Assembly: GCA_001785865.1 (NCBI GenBank)
Contig: MFUZ01000002.1
Location: forward strand, 22,128 to 86,127
Length of the DNA stretch: 64,000 nt
Direction: 5' to 3'
Source of the DNA: Candidatus Nomurabacteria bacterium RIFCSPLOWO2_01_FULL_41_18
GTDB lineage: Bacteria; Patescibacteriota; Minisyncoccia; Phycocordibacterales; UBA9973
A program made the position numbers and the translations under genes. Below the pieces are notes generated by a model that had not been told where the DNA came from, did not search any database, and saw only the letters and a list, made by a program, of their open reading frames with translations. Below are positions 26,648 to 37,515 of this stretch, one piece after another; position 1 is the stretch's first letter, and each line of letters starts with the position of its first letter.

Positions 26648-28396
26648 ATGAGTTTTTTAGAAGAATTAGCTAAAGAAAATATAATTTCGAAGAGCCAGAT
26701 AGGCGAATTCAAGACTCTAGCCCAAGAGAAATATGCGGGGGACATAGAAGAGGCCTTGATCGGAGCCGGCATCCCAGAAGAAAAAATACTCCAAGCCAAA
26801 GGACAGTATTTGAACATGCCGATAAAGAAGGTAAACATCAAAGACACTTCTTTTGAAGCATTGAAATATATTTCCGAAGATTCAGCGGTGCATTATCACT
26901 TTGCTCCGATCAACATTCAGGATGGGGTTTTGGAAGTAGGGGTCACAAATCCGGAAAATATCCAGGCCATGGACGCGCTCCAATTCATTTCTGCCAAACT
27001 AGGCATCCCATTCAAGATATATCTAATATCCAAAACCGATTACGAAGTCATCATGCAGACCTACAAAGGCATCTCGAGCCAGGTGGAGGAAGCGCTACAT
27101 GAGCTTAATCAGGAAGAAGCCAAAGAGCTGAGCGAAGAAAATTTAAGCAAAGAGATCAAAAATATCAAAAAGGGAGAGAAGGGTGAGGAAGCAAAGATAG
27201 TTGAAGATGCGCCGATAATCAAAATGGTGGCTGTGATCCTGCGCAATGCCATCGAAGGAGGCGCTTCCGATATCCATATTGAGTATACCGGAGAGAAAGT
27301 GAAGGTGCGCTTCCGCGTGGATGGAGTCCTGCATACTAGCATCGTATTGCCGTCCTCCGTTTATACCGGAATAGTGGCGCGTATAAAAATCTTGGCAAAA
27401 TTGAGGCTGGACGAAAAAAGAAAACCACAAGACAATTCCTTCAGCACCACTTTTGATGGACGCAAGATAGATTTCCGTGTGTCTACCATGCCCGCATACT
27501 ACGGCGAGAAAGTTGTTATGCGTATCTTGGATACTGAAAAGGGGGTCAAGCCTCTAGATCAGCTCGGCTTGTCGGAAACCAATTTGAATATGATCCGGGA
27601 GGCCATCAAGCGCCCTTACGGTCTTATTTTGATTACCGGTCCGACCGGCTCCGGAAAATCCACAACTTTGTATTCGATGATGAACGAGCTTAATAAAGAA
27701 GAAAGCAACATCGTCTCCTTGGAGGACCCAGTCGAGTATCACATGCCTGACATCAACCAATCTCAAATGATGTCGGAGATTGGTTATACGTTTGCTTCCG
27801 CTTTGCGCTCCATTCTGCGTCAAGACCCAGATATAATCATGGTCGGAGAAATACGCGACAAAGAAACAGCACAGCTTGCCATTCAGGCGGCTTTGACCGG
27901 GCATCTGGTTATTTCCACTCTCCACACCAACAATGCGATCGGCGCGATCCCAAGGCTCGTAGACATGGGCGTCGATCCGTATCTGATTGCGCCGACCCTG
28001 ATCCTGTCCGTAGCTCAGCGTCTCGCCAGGATGACTTGCCCTAGTTCGCGCAAGCTTGTGCCGATGGAAGCGACCATCAAAGCGCAGATCGATCAGCAAT
28101 TGAAAGATCTACCGGATGAATTTAAAAAGGAACTCGGGATAAAAGGGGAAAGGTATGAGACTGTGCCTTCTGGCGAATGTCCTTCCGGTACGAGAGGTCG
28201 TATCGCAATTTTTGAAATGTTCAAAATAGACAAAGAGATGCAAGATGTAATATTGAAGAGCCCAACAAACGGAGAGATTTATAAGGTGGCTCGCAAGCAC
28301 GGCATGCTAACGATGAAGGAAGATGCCATATTTAAATCATTAAAAGGTGTCATTCCTTTTACTGAAGTTTATAATTTTAACACTGAAAGCGAGTAA
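26648..28396 (+). CDS. pilB: type IV pilus assembly ATPase PilB (GspE family)
   Basis: Walker A 'ITGPTGSGKSTTLYSM', Asp/His boxes and a C-terminal tetracysteine-like region. Confidence 0.9.
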   Translation: MSFLEELAKENIISKSQIGEFKTLAQEKYAGDIEEALIGAGIPEEKILQAKGQYLNMPIKKVNIKDTSFEALKYISEDSAVHYHFAPINIQDGVLEVGVTNPENIQAMDALQFISAKLGIPFKIYLISKTDYEVIMQTYKGISSQVEEALHELNQEEAKELSEENLSKEIKNIKKGEKGEEAKIVEDAPIIKMVAVILRNAIEGGASDIHIEYTGEKVKVRFRVDGVLHTSIVLPSSVYTGIVARIKILAKLRLDEKRKPQDNSFSTTFDGRKIDFRVSTMPAYYGEKVVMRILDTEKGVKPLDQLGLSETNLNMIREAIKRPYGLILITGPTGSGKSTTLYSMMNELNKEESNIVSLEDPVEYHMPDINQSQMMSEIGYTFASALRSILRQDPDIIMVGEIRDKETAQLAIQAALTGHLVISTLHTNNAIGAIPRLVDMGVDPYLIAPTLILSVAQRLARMTCPSSRKLVPMEATIKAQIDQQLKDLPDEFKKELGIKGERYETVPSGECPSGTRGRIAIFEMFKIDKEMQDVILKSPTNGEIYKVARKHGMLTMKEDAIFKSLKGVIPFTEVYNFNTESE

Positions 28397-28401
28397 AATT
28401 T

Positions 28402-28486
28402 CCCCCTCCTTAATAAGGAGGGGAACAAGGGGAGGTTCTTAAAGAATTTACCTCTCCCCAGCCCTCTCCTTGTAAAGGAGAGGGGG
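28402..28486. repeat. two tandem family-1 palindromic units (CCCCCTCCTTAATAAGGAGGGG; CCCTCTCCTTGTAAAGGAGAGGG)
   Basis: Perfect stem-loops in the pilB-to-response-regulator spacer. Confidence 0.8.
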
Positions 28487-28499
28487 AAAGTAGTATAAT

Positions 28500-28910
28500 A
28501 TGCTTTATATGGAAGGACAAAAAAGAAAAATTTTTATAGTTGACGACGACAGTTTCCTTTTAGACATGTATGCGCTCAAATTTAGCCAAAACAATTTCGA
28601 AGTTTACACTGCCATGAGTGGAGAGGAGGCGATAGAGAAATTGAAAGGCGGGCTCAATCCGGATGTCGTGCTGGCAGATATAATCATGCCTGGCATTAAT
28701 GGTTTTGAGATGCTGGCGCAGTTAAATTCGGAAAATTTATCCTCGAACTCTTTGAAGATAGTTTTGTCCAACAAGAGCCAGCAGTCGGATATAGAAGAGA
28801 GTAAGAAGCTCGGGGTGGCAGGTTATATTGTCAAAGCGAATTCTACCCCAGCGGAGGTTATCAATCAGGTCATTAGTATCGTATCGGCGAAAGTCGGGGC
28901 TCCTAAATAA
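28500..28910 (+). CDS. response regulator receiver-domain protein (CheY/PilH-like)
   Basis: 'IFIVDDDSFLLDMY...VVLADIIMPGINGFEM...KIVLSNK' is a REC domain with no output domain. Confidence 0.8.
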   Translation: MLYMEGQKRKIFIVDDDSFLLDMYALKFSQNNFEVYTAMSGEEAIEKLKGGLNPDVVLADIIMPGINGFEMLAQLNSENLSSNSLKIVLSNKSQQSDIEESKKLGVAGYIVKANSTPAEVINQVISIVSAKVGAPK

Positions 28911-28915
28911 AAAAT

Positions 28916-29974
28916 ATGAATTATAAAGAAAAACTTGAAGAACTTATCCTGACTGTCATCCGCGAAGGCGGATCGGATCTGCATTTGGGCACCGGGCGCG
29001 TGCCAGTCATCCGCGTCGCTGGGGAACTCATATCCTTGGTAAAGCATCCGGTTTTTACTGAAGAAGATACAATGGGAGTTTTAAGCGAGGTTTTGGAAAA
29101 GAAGATCTTAGATAGATTTCTTGAAAATCAAGAAGCGGATTTTTCCTATGATTATCGGGGCGAAGCACGCCTCCGCGGGAATGCTTTTTTTCAGAAGGGA
29201 CTTATTTGCATAGTTTTTCGGCTGGTGCCGAAGGTAAAAACTATGGCTGAATTGCATCTGCCTCCCATTCTGGCCGACTTGGCTCGAAAGAAGCAAGGCT
29301 TTTTCCTGGTAGTCGGTCCGGTAGGGCAAGGAAAATCAACCACTCTTTCTGCGATGGTGGACTTGATCAACAATGAGCAAGCGCGCAATATTATCACCAT
29401 CGAAGATCCGATTGAACATGTGTATGTTCCTAATAAATCCATAATCAATCAGCGAGAAGTCGGCATCGATACCAGCGATTTTCATGTGGCACTCAAATCT
29501 GTTTTCCGCGAGGACGTAAATGTGATCTTGATCGGCGAAATGCGCACCCCGGAAACAGTGGCCACGGCTGTGACTGCAGCGGAGACAGGGCACCTCGTGC
29601 TCTCGACTCTTCATACGAACAACGCCGCTCAGACCATAGATAGAATAATAGATTCTTTTCCAGGCGAACAACAGGATCAGATTCGCACCCAGCTTGCATC
29701 CAGTCTTCTTGGCATTTTCTCGCAAAGACTCATCCCTAGGATCACTGGCGGGCTCATTCCGGCTTATGAGCTCCTCCTCAACAACAACGCAGTCTCGAAT
29801 CTGATCCGGGAGAAACGCACGCATGAGATAGACGTCGTCATAGAAACCGGCTCGGGGTCCGGGATGATCGATCTAAACCATTCGCTGACGGAACTAGTGC
29901 GCGCCGGAGAAATATCGATAGAAAATGCCTACCAATATTCTCTCAATCCAAAGGGTTTAGAAAGAATGATTTAG
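28916..29974 (+). CDS. pilT: twitching motility ATPase PilT
   Basis: Walker A 'VVGPVGQGKSTTLSAM' and PilT-type Asp/His boxes, about 350 aa. Confidence 0.9.
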   Translation: MNYKEKLEELILTVIREGGSDLHLGTGRVPVIRVAGELISLVKHPVFTEEDTMGVLSEVLEKKILDRFLENQEADFSYDYRGEARLRGNAFFQKGLICIVFRLVPKVKTMAELHLPPILADLARKKQGFFLVVGPVGQGKSTTLSAMVDLINNEQARNIITIEDPIEHVYVPNKSIINQREVGIDTSDFHVALKSVFREDVNVILIGEMRTPETVATAVTAAETGHLVLSTLHTNNAAQTIDRIIDSFPGEQQDQIRTQLASSLLGIFSQRLIPRITGGLIPAYELLLNNNAVSNLIREKRTHEIDVVIETGSGSGMIDLNHSLTELVRAGEISIENAYQYSLNPKGLERMI

Positions 29975-30016
29975 GCTTTATAACTTTATGAACTTTCAAC
30001 TTTATAACCCATAGCC

Positions 30017-31225
30017 ATGTTATTCAAATACAAAGCAATAGATGGAGGGGGTGGAAATAAGGAAGGGGAAATCGACGCGCCAAATCGCGATATGGCGATA
30101 AGTGGTTTGCAGAGGAGGGGGTTGGTGATCATTTCCATCAAGGACGAAAAAGAAAACAAATCCATTTTTGAGATTTCTTTTTTTGAGAAAGTTTCAAATA
30201 AGGACGTGGTGATCTTGTCCCGCCAGATCGCTACTTTGTTTGAAGCGCAAGTCTCTGCTCTTAAAGCTTTCACTATGCTTGCTACCAATACTGAGAACAA
30301 ACTACTCGGCAAGAAGCTAAACATGGTGGGCGATGATCTTCGGGCGGGTATTTCCATTTCCGGGGCGCTCGCTAGGCACCCAGATGTGTTTTCCAATTTT
30401 TACGTGAACATGGTCAAAGTGGGAGAGGAAACAGGAAAGCTAAACGAGACCTTCTTGCATTTGGCGGAATATCTGGATCGCCAGTATGCGCTCACTTCAA
30501 AGACGAGGAATGCGCTCATTTACCCTGTATTCGTGATCGTGACTTTCATAGTGGTGATGACCCTCATGTTCGTGATAGTGATCCCGAAACTTTCCGCGAT
30601 CATCCTCGATTCCGGGCAGGAAGTGCCCATCTATACAAAAATAGTTATCTTTATTTCAAATCTCTTCGTGCATTACGGCTTCTTTCTCTTGATATTTGTG
30701 GTCTTGCTTGGCCTCTGGTCTTGGAGGCTTGCGATCACCGAGAGGGGGAAAGAGTATCTGGATTCATTAAAGCTCTCTCTGCCAGCTGTAGGTAATCTGT
30801 ATAAAAAATTATATCTCTCCCGCATCACCGACAACTTGAATACGATGCTTATCTCCGGTGTGCCGATCGTCCGATCCATAGATATTACCGCAGAAGTAGT
30901 CGGTAGCCGCGTATATAGGAATCTCTTGAAAGAAGTGGCAGACGGGGTCAAATCCGGCTTGGCGCTTTCAGTCGCCTTCGATAAGCACAAGCAAGAAATC
31001 CCAAACATCCTGGTGCAGATGGTGCAGGTGGGTGAAGAAACAGGCGCGCTCGGAACTATATTAAAAACGCTGACTGATTTCTATAAACGCGAGGTGGATG
31101 ACGCCATTGATACCTTGGTGGGCTTGATAGAGCCAGTTATGATAGTGGTTCTCGGTTTGGGGGTAGGTTTATTGCTTGTTTCGATACTGATGCCGATTTA
31201 CAATTTGGCAGGAGGGATTAGTTAA
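30017..31225 (+). CDS. pilC: type IV pilus inner-membrane platform protein PilC (GspF family)
   Basis: A duplicated GspF domain with 3 TM segments, about 400 aa. Confidence 0.9.
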   Translation: MLFKYKAIDGGGGNKEGEIDAPNRDMAISGLQRRGLVIISIKDEKENKSIFEISFFEKVSNKDVVILSRQIATLFEAQVSALKAFTMLATNTENKLLGKKLNMVGDDLRAGISISGALARHPDVFSNFYVNMVKVGEETGKLNETFLHLAEYLDRQYALTSKTRNALIYPVFVIVTFIVVMTLMFVIVIPKLSAIILDSGQEVPIYTKIVIFISNLFVHYGFFLLIFVVLLGLWSWRLAITERGKEYLDSLKLSLPAVGNLYKKLYLSRITDNLNTMLISGVPIVRSIDITAEVVGSRVYRNLLKEVADGVKSGLALSVAFDKHKQEIPNILVQMVQVGEETGALGTILKTLTDFYKREVDDAIDTLVGLIEPVMIVVLGLGVGLLLVSILMPIYNLAGGIS

Positions 31226-31226
31226 T

Positions 31227-31312
31227 CACCACCCCGTAGCCCCTCCTCAATAAGGAGGGGAGGAATCCCTCTCCTCCTTTGGAAGGAGGAGTGCCCGAAG
31301 GGCGAGGTGGTG
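31227..31312. repeat. family-1 nested palindrome (CACCACC...CCCCTCCTCAATAAGGAGGGG...CTCCTCCTTTGGAAGGAGGAG...GCCCGAAGGGC...GGTGGTG)
   Basis: An outer 7-bp inverted repeat encloses three inner hairpins, immediately after the pilC stop. Confidence 0.8.
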
Positions 31313-31435
31313 CCTGTGGATAACTCACTTGTGCATATGTTTTGATGTATATGTTATAATTCAGCTATTAAAAATAAGTCGAAATTTCCGCCATAGGCGG
31401 ATAAGGTTATAAATTATTAATAATTAATTTTTATT

Positions 31436-31801
31436 ATGAAAATGAATTTGAAAAAAGGTTTTACGCTTATAGAACTCTTGGTGGTCGTTGCAATTATCGG
31501 TATTTTGGCTTCAGTTGTTTTGGCATCGCTAAATACGGCTAGACAAAAAGGTCAAACTGCCGCTTTCAAGGCAGAAATGTCTGGCTTGCGTGCAAACATA
31601 GTTCTCTACTGTGACGGTGTTGCCGATGGTGATGCTAATATAACCACTATTCCCGGAGGTACTACTTTCACAATGCCAGTAGCGGGTGTTGATTGCTTAG
31701 CGGCTGGAACTACTGTTAACCCTACTATTATTGCTGGGAAAGGGGGAACTTGTACTGCTGCTACTGTTACGGAATCTTTGATTACATTTACTGGTTGTTA
31801 A
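31436..31801 (+). CDS. pilA: type IV pilin (major pilin candidate)
   Basis: The prepilin signal 'KKGFTLIELLVVVAIIGILASVVLASL' has the G|FTLIE cleavage/methylation motif. It is Cys-containing and 121 aa long. Confidence 0.8.
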   Translation: MKMNLKKGFTLIELLVVVAIIGILASVVLASLNTARQKGQTAAFKAEMSGLRANIVLYCDGVADGDANITTIPGGTTFTMPVAGVDCLAAGTTVNPTIIAGKGGTCTAATVTESLITFTGC

Positions 31802-31902
31802 TGAGAGCAAGCGAGTAGAGTCCTTGATATTAGGGAAAAAGTCATCCACAAGATGGCTTTTTCTTTTACCATTTTGTTTTTTAATCGTGCTATAATAAAT
31901 GA

Positions 31903-32733
31903 ATGTTTTCATTGTTAACGGTTATCTTTTTTGCTCTCGGCCTCATCATCGGCAGTTTTTTAAATGTGGTAATTTTACGGCTGAACACAAAGAAAACACT
32001 CGGCGGGAGGAGTGCTTGCATGGTGTGTCAGAGAGAGCTCCGTTGGTACGAGCTCATTCCTGTTTTCAGTTTTTTTACCCTACAGGGCAGATGTCGCACT
32101 TGCAAAACCAAGATCTCCATTCAGTATCCGCTGGTAGAGCTCACCTCTGGGATCATTTTCGCGCTCATATTTTTAAAGTTTTCCACATTGAGCGGGTTCG
32201 TATCCCAGGCAAACGATTGGTATGTTTGGTTTAGTCCGGAGTTCTTGATCCCTTTTTTATTCTATGCAACTGCTTTTTCTATCCTGCTTGTCATCGCAGT
32301 CTACGACTTGCGTCACAAAATAATTCCTGACTTACTAGCATTCATTTTCGGAGTGCTCGCTTTTATCGGTCTTTTCTTATTTTCTAGTTATAATTTATAT
32401 TTGCATGTTCCTTCCGTTTGGGAATTTTTAGCTGGACCGTTCATTGCCCTGCCTTTTGCTTTTTTTTGGCTCGTATCCCGTGGCAGGTGGATGGGTCTGG
32501 GAGATGCCAAGCTCGGGCTCGGTATCGGCTGGCTACTTGGCCTCACGGGTGCGCTTTCGGGCCTGGTGATCGCTTTTTGGGTGGGGGCCATAGTCGGAGT
32601 TGCCCTCATTATTATTTCCAAAAGCAGACGAAAAGGCAGAATGGGGATGAAAAGCGAAATTCCATTTGCTCCGTTTTTGGTCCTGGGAACATTCCTCGCA
32701 TTTATGTGCGGGTTTAACTTTTTTGGATTATGA
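31903..32733 (+). CDS. pilD: prepilin peptidase PilD (A24 family)
   Basis: The N-terminal tetracysteine 'CMVCQREL...CRTCKTKI' and a polytopic A24 core. Confidence 0.85.
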   Translation: MFSLLTVIFFALGLIIGSFLNVVILRLNTKKTLGGRSACMVCQRELRWYELIPVFSFFTLQGRCRTCKTKISIQYPLVELTSGIIFALIFLKFSTLSGFVSQANDWYVWFSPEFLIPFLFYATAFSILLVIAVYDLRHKIIPDLLAFIFGVLAFIGLFLFSSYNLYLHVPSVWEFLAGPFIALPFAFFWLVSRGRWMGLGDAKLGLGIGWLLGLTGALSGLVIAFWVGAIVGVALIIISKSRRKGRMGMKSEIPFAPFLVLGTFLAFMCGFNFFGL

Positions 32734-33440
32734 AAAAATTATTTAAAATAGAAAAGAATAAGAGACTTGCCCGCTGTCAGGCGGGGATGACCCATTCGAT
32801 TAACTCAGGCCTTCGCTCTGAGACTCAGGCTCGAAGAGGTCATCCCGAGTATTCCCGAGGGATGACCTATGTGGAGCTCATCGTCGTCTTGAGTATTTTT
32901 GCAGTGATGTCTACAATTGTGATGTTCAGCTACAACAAATTTCAGGCGAAAGTGGACGTCAAGAATCTAGCGAGCGATATTGCTTTGAAAATTATCGAGG
33001 CGCAAAAGTCCGCGGTAAATGGTGTTTTGCCTTTCGGCTACACTCCCGACGTCGATCCTTGGAAGCCGTCTTATGGGATTTATTTTAATAAATCTTTAAA
33101 TCCGGATCCAGATAATAACAATACTCCCTTCAATGAAGAATTTACTTATTTTGCTGATTTAGATCAAGGTGGCGATTTAGATAATCTTGAGGTCTTAAAT
33201 TTTACTAAAATTATAAAAGGCGATACCATATCTAGTATAGAAGAATGTGATAGTGGTGGTTGTAGCTCAATTGGGGGGGATGATTTAACTATTATTTTTA
33301 CTAGACCAGATTCCAGTGCAGTTTTTTCCAGTGGCACAAGTGGTTCAGATTATATTCAAATCACTGTAGAATCCCATAGGTCGTCTGATATTAAAGCAAA
33401 AATCAAGATTTATCCTTCTGGCAGGGTGCAAATAGATTAG
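32730..33440 (+). CDS. pilin-like protein with an unusually long (about 45-aa) leader containing a repeat-element insertion
   Basis: The prepilin motif 'RG|MTYVELIVVLSIFAVM' is preceded by 'MKKLFKIEKNKRLARCQAGMTHSINSGLRSETQARRGHPEYS', and that leader is encoded by a palindromic repeat. Confidence 0.6.
   Translation: MKKLFKIEKNKRLARCQAGMTHSINSGLRSETQARRGHPEYSRGMTYVELIVVLSIFAVMSTIVMFSYNKFQAKVDVKNLASDIALKIIEAQKSAVNGVLPFGYTPDVDPWKPSYGIYFNKSLNPDPDNNNTPFNEEFTYFADLDQGGDLDNLEVLNFTKIIKGDTISSIEECDSGGCSSIGGDDLTIIFTRPDSSAVFSSGTSGSDYIQITVESHRSSDIKAKIKIYPSGRVQID
32770..32867. repeat. palindromic MITE-like element (GGGATGACC...CTCAGGCCTTCGCTCTGAGACTCAGGCTCGAAGAGG...GGTCATCCC) inside the pilin-like leader
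   Basis: Nested inverted repeats. It shares the CAGGCTCGAAGAGGT module with the ligA insertion at 35800. Confidence 0.6.
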
Positions 33441-33476
33441 CTTTTAGGTTTTGGCTCATAGCTTGTAGAATACAAA

Positions 33477-34142
33477 ATGCAAAACAAGATTAAAAAAATA
33501 AATACTGGTCGTCAGATCCTGAACTTGTCGAAGGGCTATACGATAATCGAAACGATGATCTCCGTTTCGCTTTTTCTTGTTATTGTCATGGCGGGCATGG
33601 GTGCGCTCCTCAATTCTAATTTGCTTCATCAAAAATCTCGAGACATGCGCTCCATTATGGATAATTTAAGCTTCATTATGGAAGACTTGTCGAAGAACTT
33701 GAGGACTGGGTACAATTATCATTGTGTTGATGATCTTTCTAATGATTTTACTATACCAGCAAGTGGTGAAGATTGTTTTGGAATTGCGTTTGAACATCAG
33801 GATGGTGAAGAAAGCGATCCAAGTGATCAGTGGGTTTATATCATAGGTAATGATGGTAAGATTTATAAATCAACGGAAAATGCTGCTGGTAGCGAAAATT
33901 TTGTTCAACTTACTCCCGACGAAATCGAGATTGATACAACCAAGTCCGGGTTTTCAGTAACAGGCGCAGAACCGCCTGATATCTGCGAGCCCCCAACTTG
34001 TATCCCTCGGACCGTAACAGGGAATAAGGAGCAGCCTTTTGTTATAATTAGATTAACCGGAACCATAACTTCAAAAAATACTATTGAAACACCTTTTTCT
34101 TTACAGACCTCAGTTTCACAACGAGCCATAGATAAAAGATAA
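33477..34142 (+). CDS. minor pilin / pseudopilin
   Basis: Prepilin-type N-terminus 'KGYTIIETMISVSLFLVIVMAG'. Confidence 0.6.
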   Translation: MQNKIKKINTGRQILNLSKGYTIIETMISVSLFLVIVMAGMGALLNSNLLHQKSRDMRSIMDNLSFIMEDLSKNLRTGYNYHCVDDLSNDFTIPASGEDCFGIAFEHQDGEESDPSDQWVYIIGNDGKIYKSTENAAGSENFVQLTPDEIEIDTTKSGFSVTGAEPPDICEPPTCIPRTVTGNKEQPFVIIRLTGTITSKNTIETPFSLQTSVSQRAIDKR

Positions 34143-34149
34143 TAAAAAA

Positions 34150-34707
34150 ATGAAATTATTTTTTAAAAAATTTAATACTTCTAATCAGGGATTTACTCTA
34201 GTGGAGACACTTGTGGCCATTTCAATTTTTACTGTGTCAATCCTGGGCATGATGTCCGTCTTGGCCTCCGGCGTTTCTAGTACTAGTTATGCCAGGCAGA
34301 AGATATTAGCCGGATATTTAGCGCAGGAGGGCATAGAATATGTGCGGAATATGCGGGATACTTATATGTTATACCCTTTAGGAGCAAACGATTGGGATGG
34401 TTTTAATAATGAATTTACTTCTTGCAAGCCAACGCCTGGCAATCCCAAAGGTTGTGGTTTTAATGTCACTGATTTTCCTTATGATTTTACTGTGTGTCAA
34501 TCTAATGGTGGAAATTGCGAATTGTATTTAGATGACGAGGGATATAACATTACCAGTGGAGAAGAAACTGGTTTTATCCGCAGAGTTTGGGTGGAAGAAA
34601 TCGAACCAGATAAAGAAGCAAAAATTTTTTCCAAAGTTGAATGGACACAGGGTTCTGGCAATAAAGAAGTCATTTTTTCAGAGAATTTATTTAATTGGGT
34701 GGAATAA
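34150..34707 (+). CDS. minor pilin / pseudopilin
   Basis: Prepilin-type N-terminus 'QGFTLVETLVAISIFTVSILGMMS'. Confidence 0.6.
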   Translation: MKLFFKKFNTSNQGFTLVETLVAISIFTVSILGMMSVLASGVSSTSYARQKILAGYLAQEGIEYVRNMRDTYMLYPLGANDWDGFNNEFTSCKPTPGNPKGCGFNVTDFPYDFTVCQSNGGNCELYLDDEGYNITSGEETGFIRRVWVEEIEPDKEAKIFSKVEWTQGSGNKEVIFSENLFNWVE

Positions 34708-35240
34708 TTATGATACTAGAAATAAAAAAACAGAAAAATGAGGCCTGCCCGCAATGCTTAAAGCATAGCTTTTGCAGGCGAGGATTCGTAATGCTTTTTG
34801 CAGTTACTCTGTCGGCGCTCGTCTTGGCTATGGCCTTAGGAGTATCCGACATAGCGTTTAGAGAATTGCAATTTGGCACTTCAGCCAGAGATACCAACGA
34901 GGCATTTTTTGCCGCCGATATCGGCTATGAATGCGCGCTCTATTACGACCAGCCTTCCACAAGGCTTTTTCCTCATTTTACTGAAGATCCTTCTCCTCCT
35001 TCCGTACCTAATCCAGAATGCGCTGGTTACGGAGTTGTTGTTTTTCCTACTGATACAAATGAATGGGAATTTACTTTACATGATCTGGGTCAGACAGAAC
35101 AAGCTTGCGCTAAGGTAACTGTTGATAAGTCGACCCCAAACACTATTATTACTTCCAACGGATATAATGTTGGTAATCAGAACTGCGAGCCAGTAGCAAA
35201 TAGTGTAGAACGACAACTAGAAATAACATATCGAAGATAA
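34695..35240 (+). CDS. PilX-like minor pilin / pilus-associated protein
   Basis: Hydrophobic N-terminal segment 'VMLFAVTLSALVLAMALGVS'. The probable start is the internal Met at about 34710. Confidence 0.4.
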   Translation: MGGIIMILEIKKQKNEACPQCLKHSFCRRGFVMLFAVTLSALVLAMALGVSDIAFRELQFGTSARDTNEAFFAADIGYECALYYDQPSTRLFPHFTEDPSPPSVPNPECAGYGVVVFPTDTNEWEFTLHDLGQTEQACAKVTVDKSTPNTIITSNGYNVGNQNCEPVANSVERQLEITYRR

Positions 35241-37412
<2,172 letters not shown>

Positions 37413-37425
37413 GTTGAATATGAAC

Positions 37426-37515
37426 GGAGGCGTCGGATAGTGGTTTATTCCACCACCTTGGAAAGGTGGCAGGCTCGAAAGGGTCTCGTGAGTTCAAATC
37501 TCACCGCCTCCGCCA
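37426..37515 (+). tRNA. tRNA-Ser (GGA), CCA encoded
   Basis: Acceptor GGAGGCG/CGCCTCC plus G plus CCA, anticodon arm CCACC-TTGGAAA-GGTGG, a long variable arm and T-arm GTGAG-TTCAAAT-CTCAC. Confidence 0.85.

Noticed and set aside
27554-28099. 181-aa minus-strand ORF inside pilB
   Set aside because: It is antisense to pilB and has no motif. This is a typical shadow ORF.
29336-29824. 162-aa minus-strand ORF inside pilT
   Set aside because: It is antisense to a well-supported pilT.
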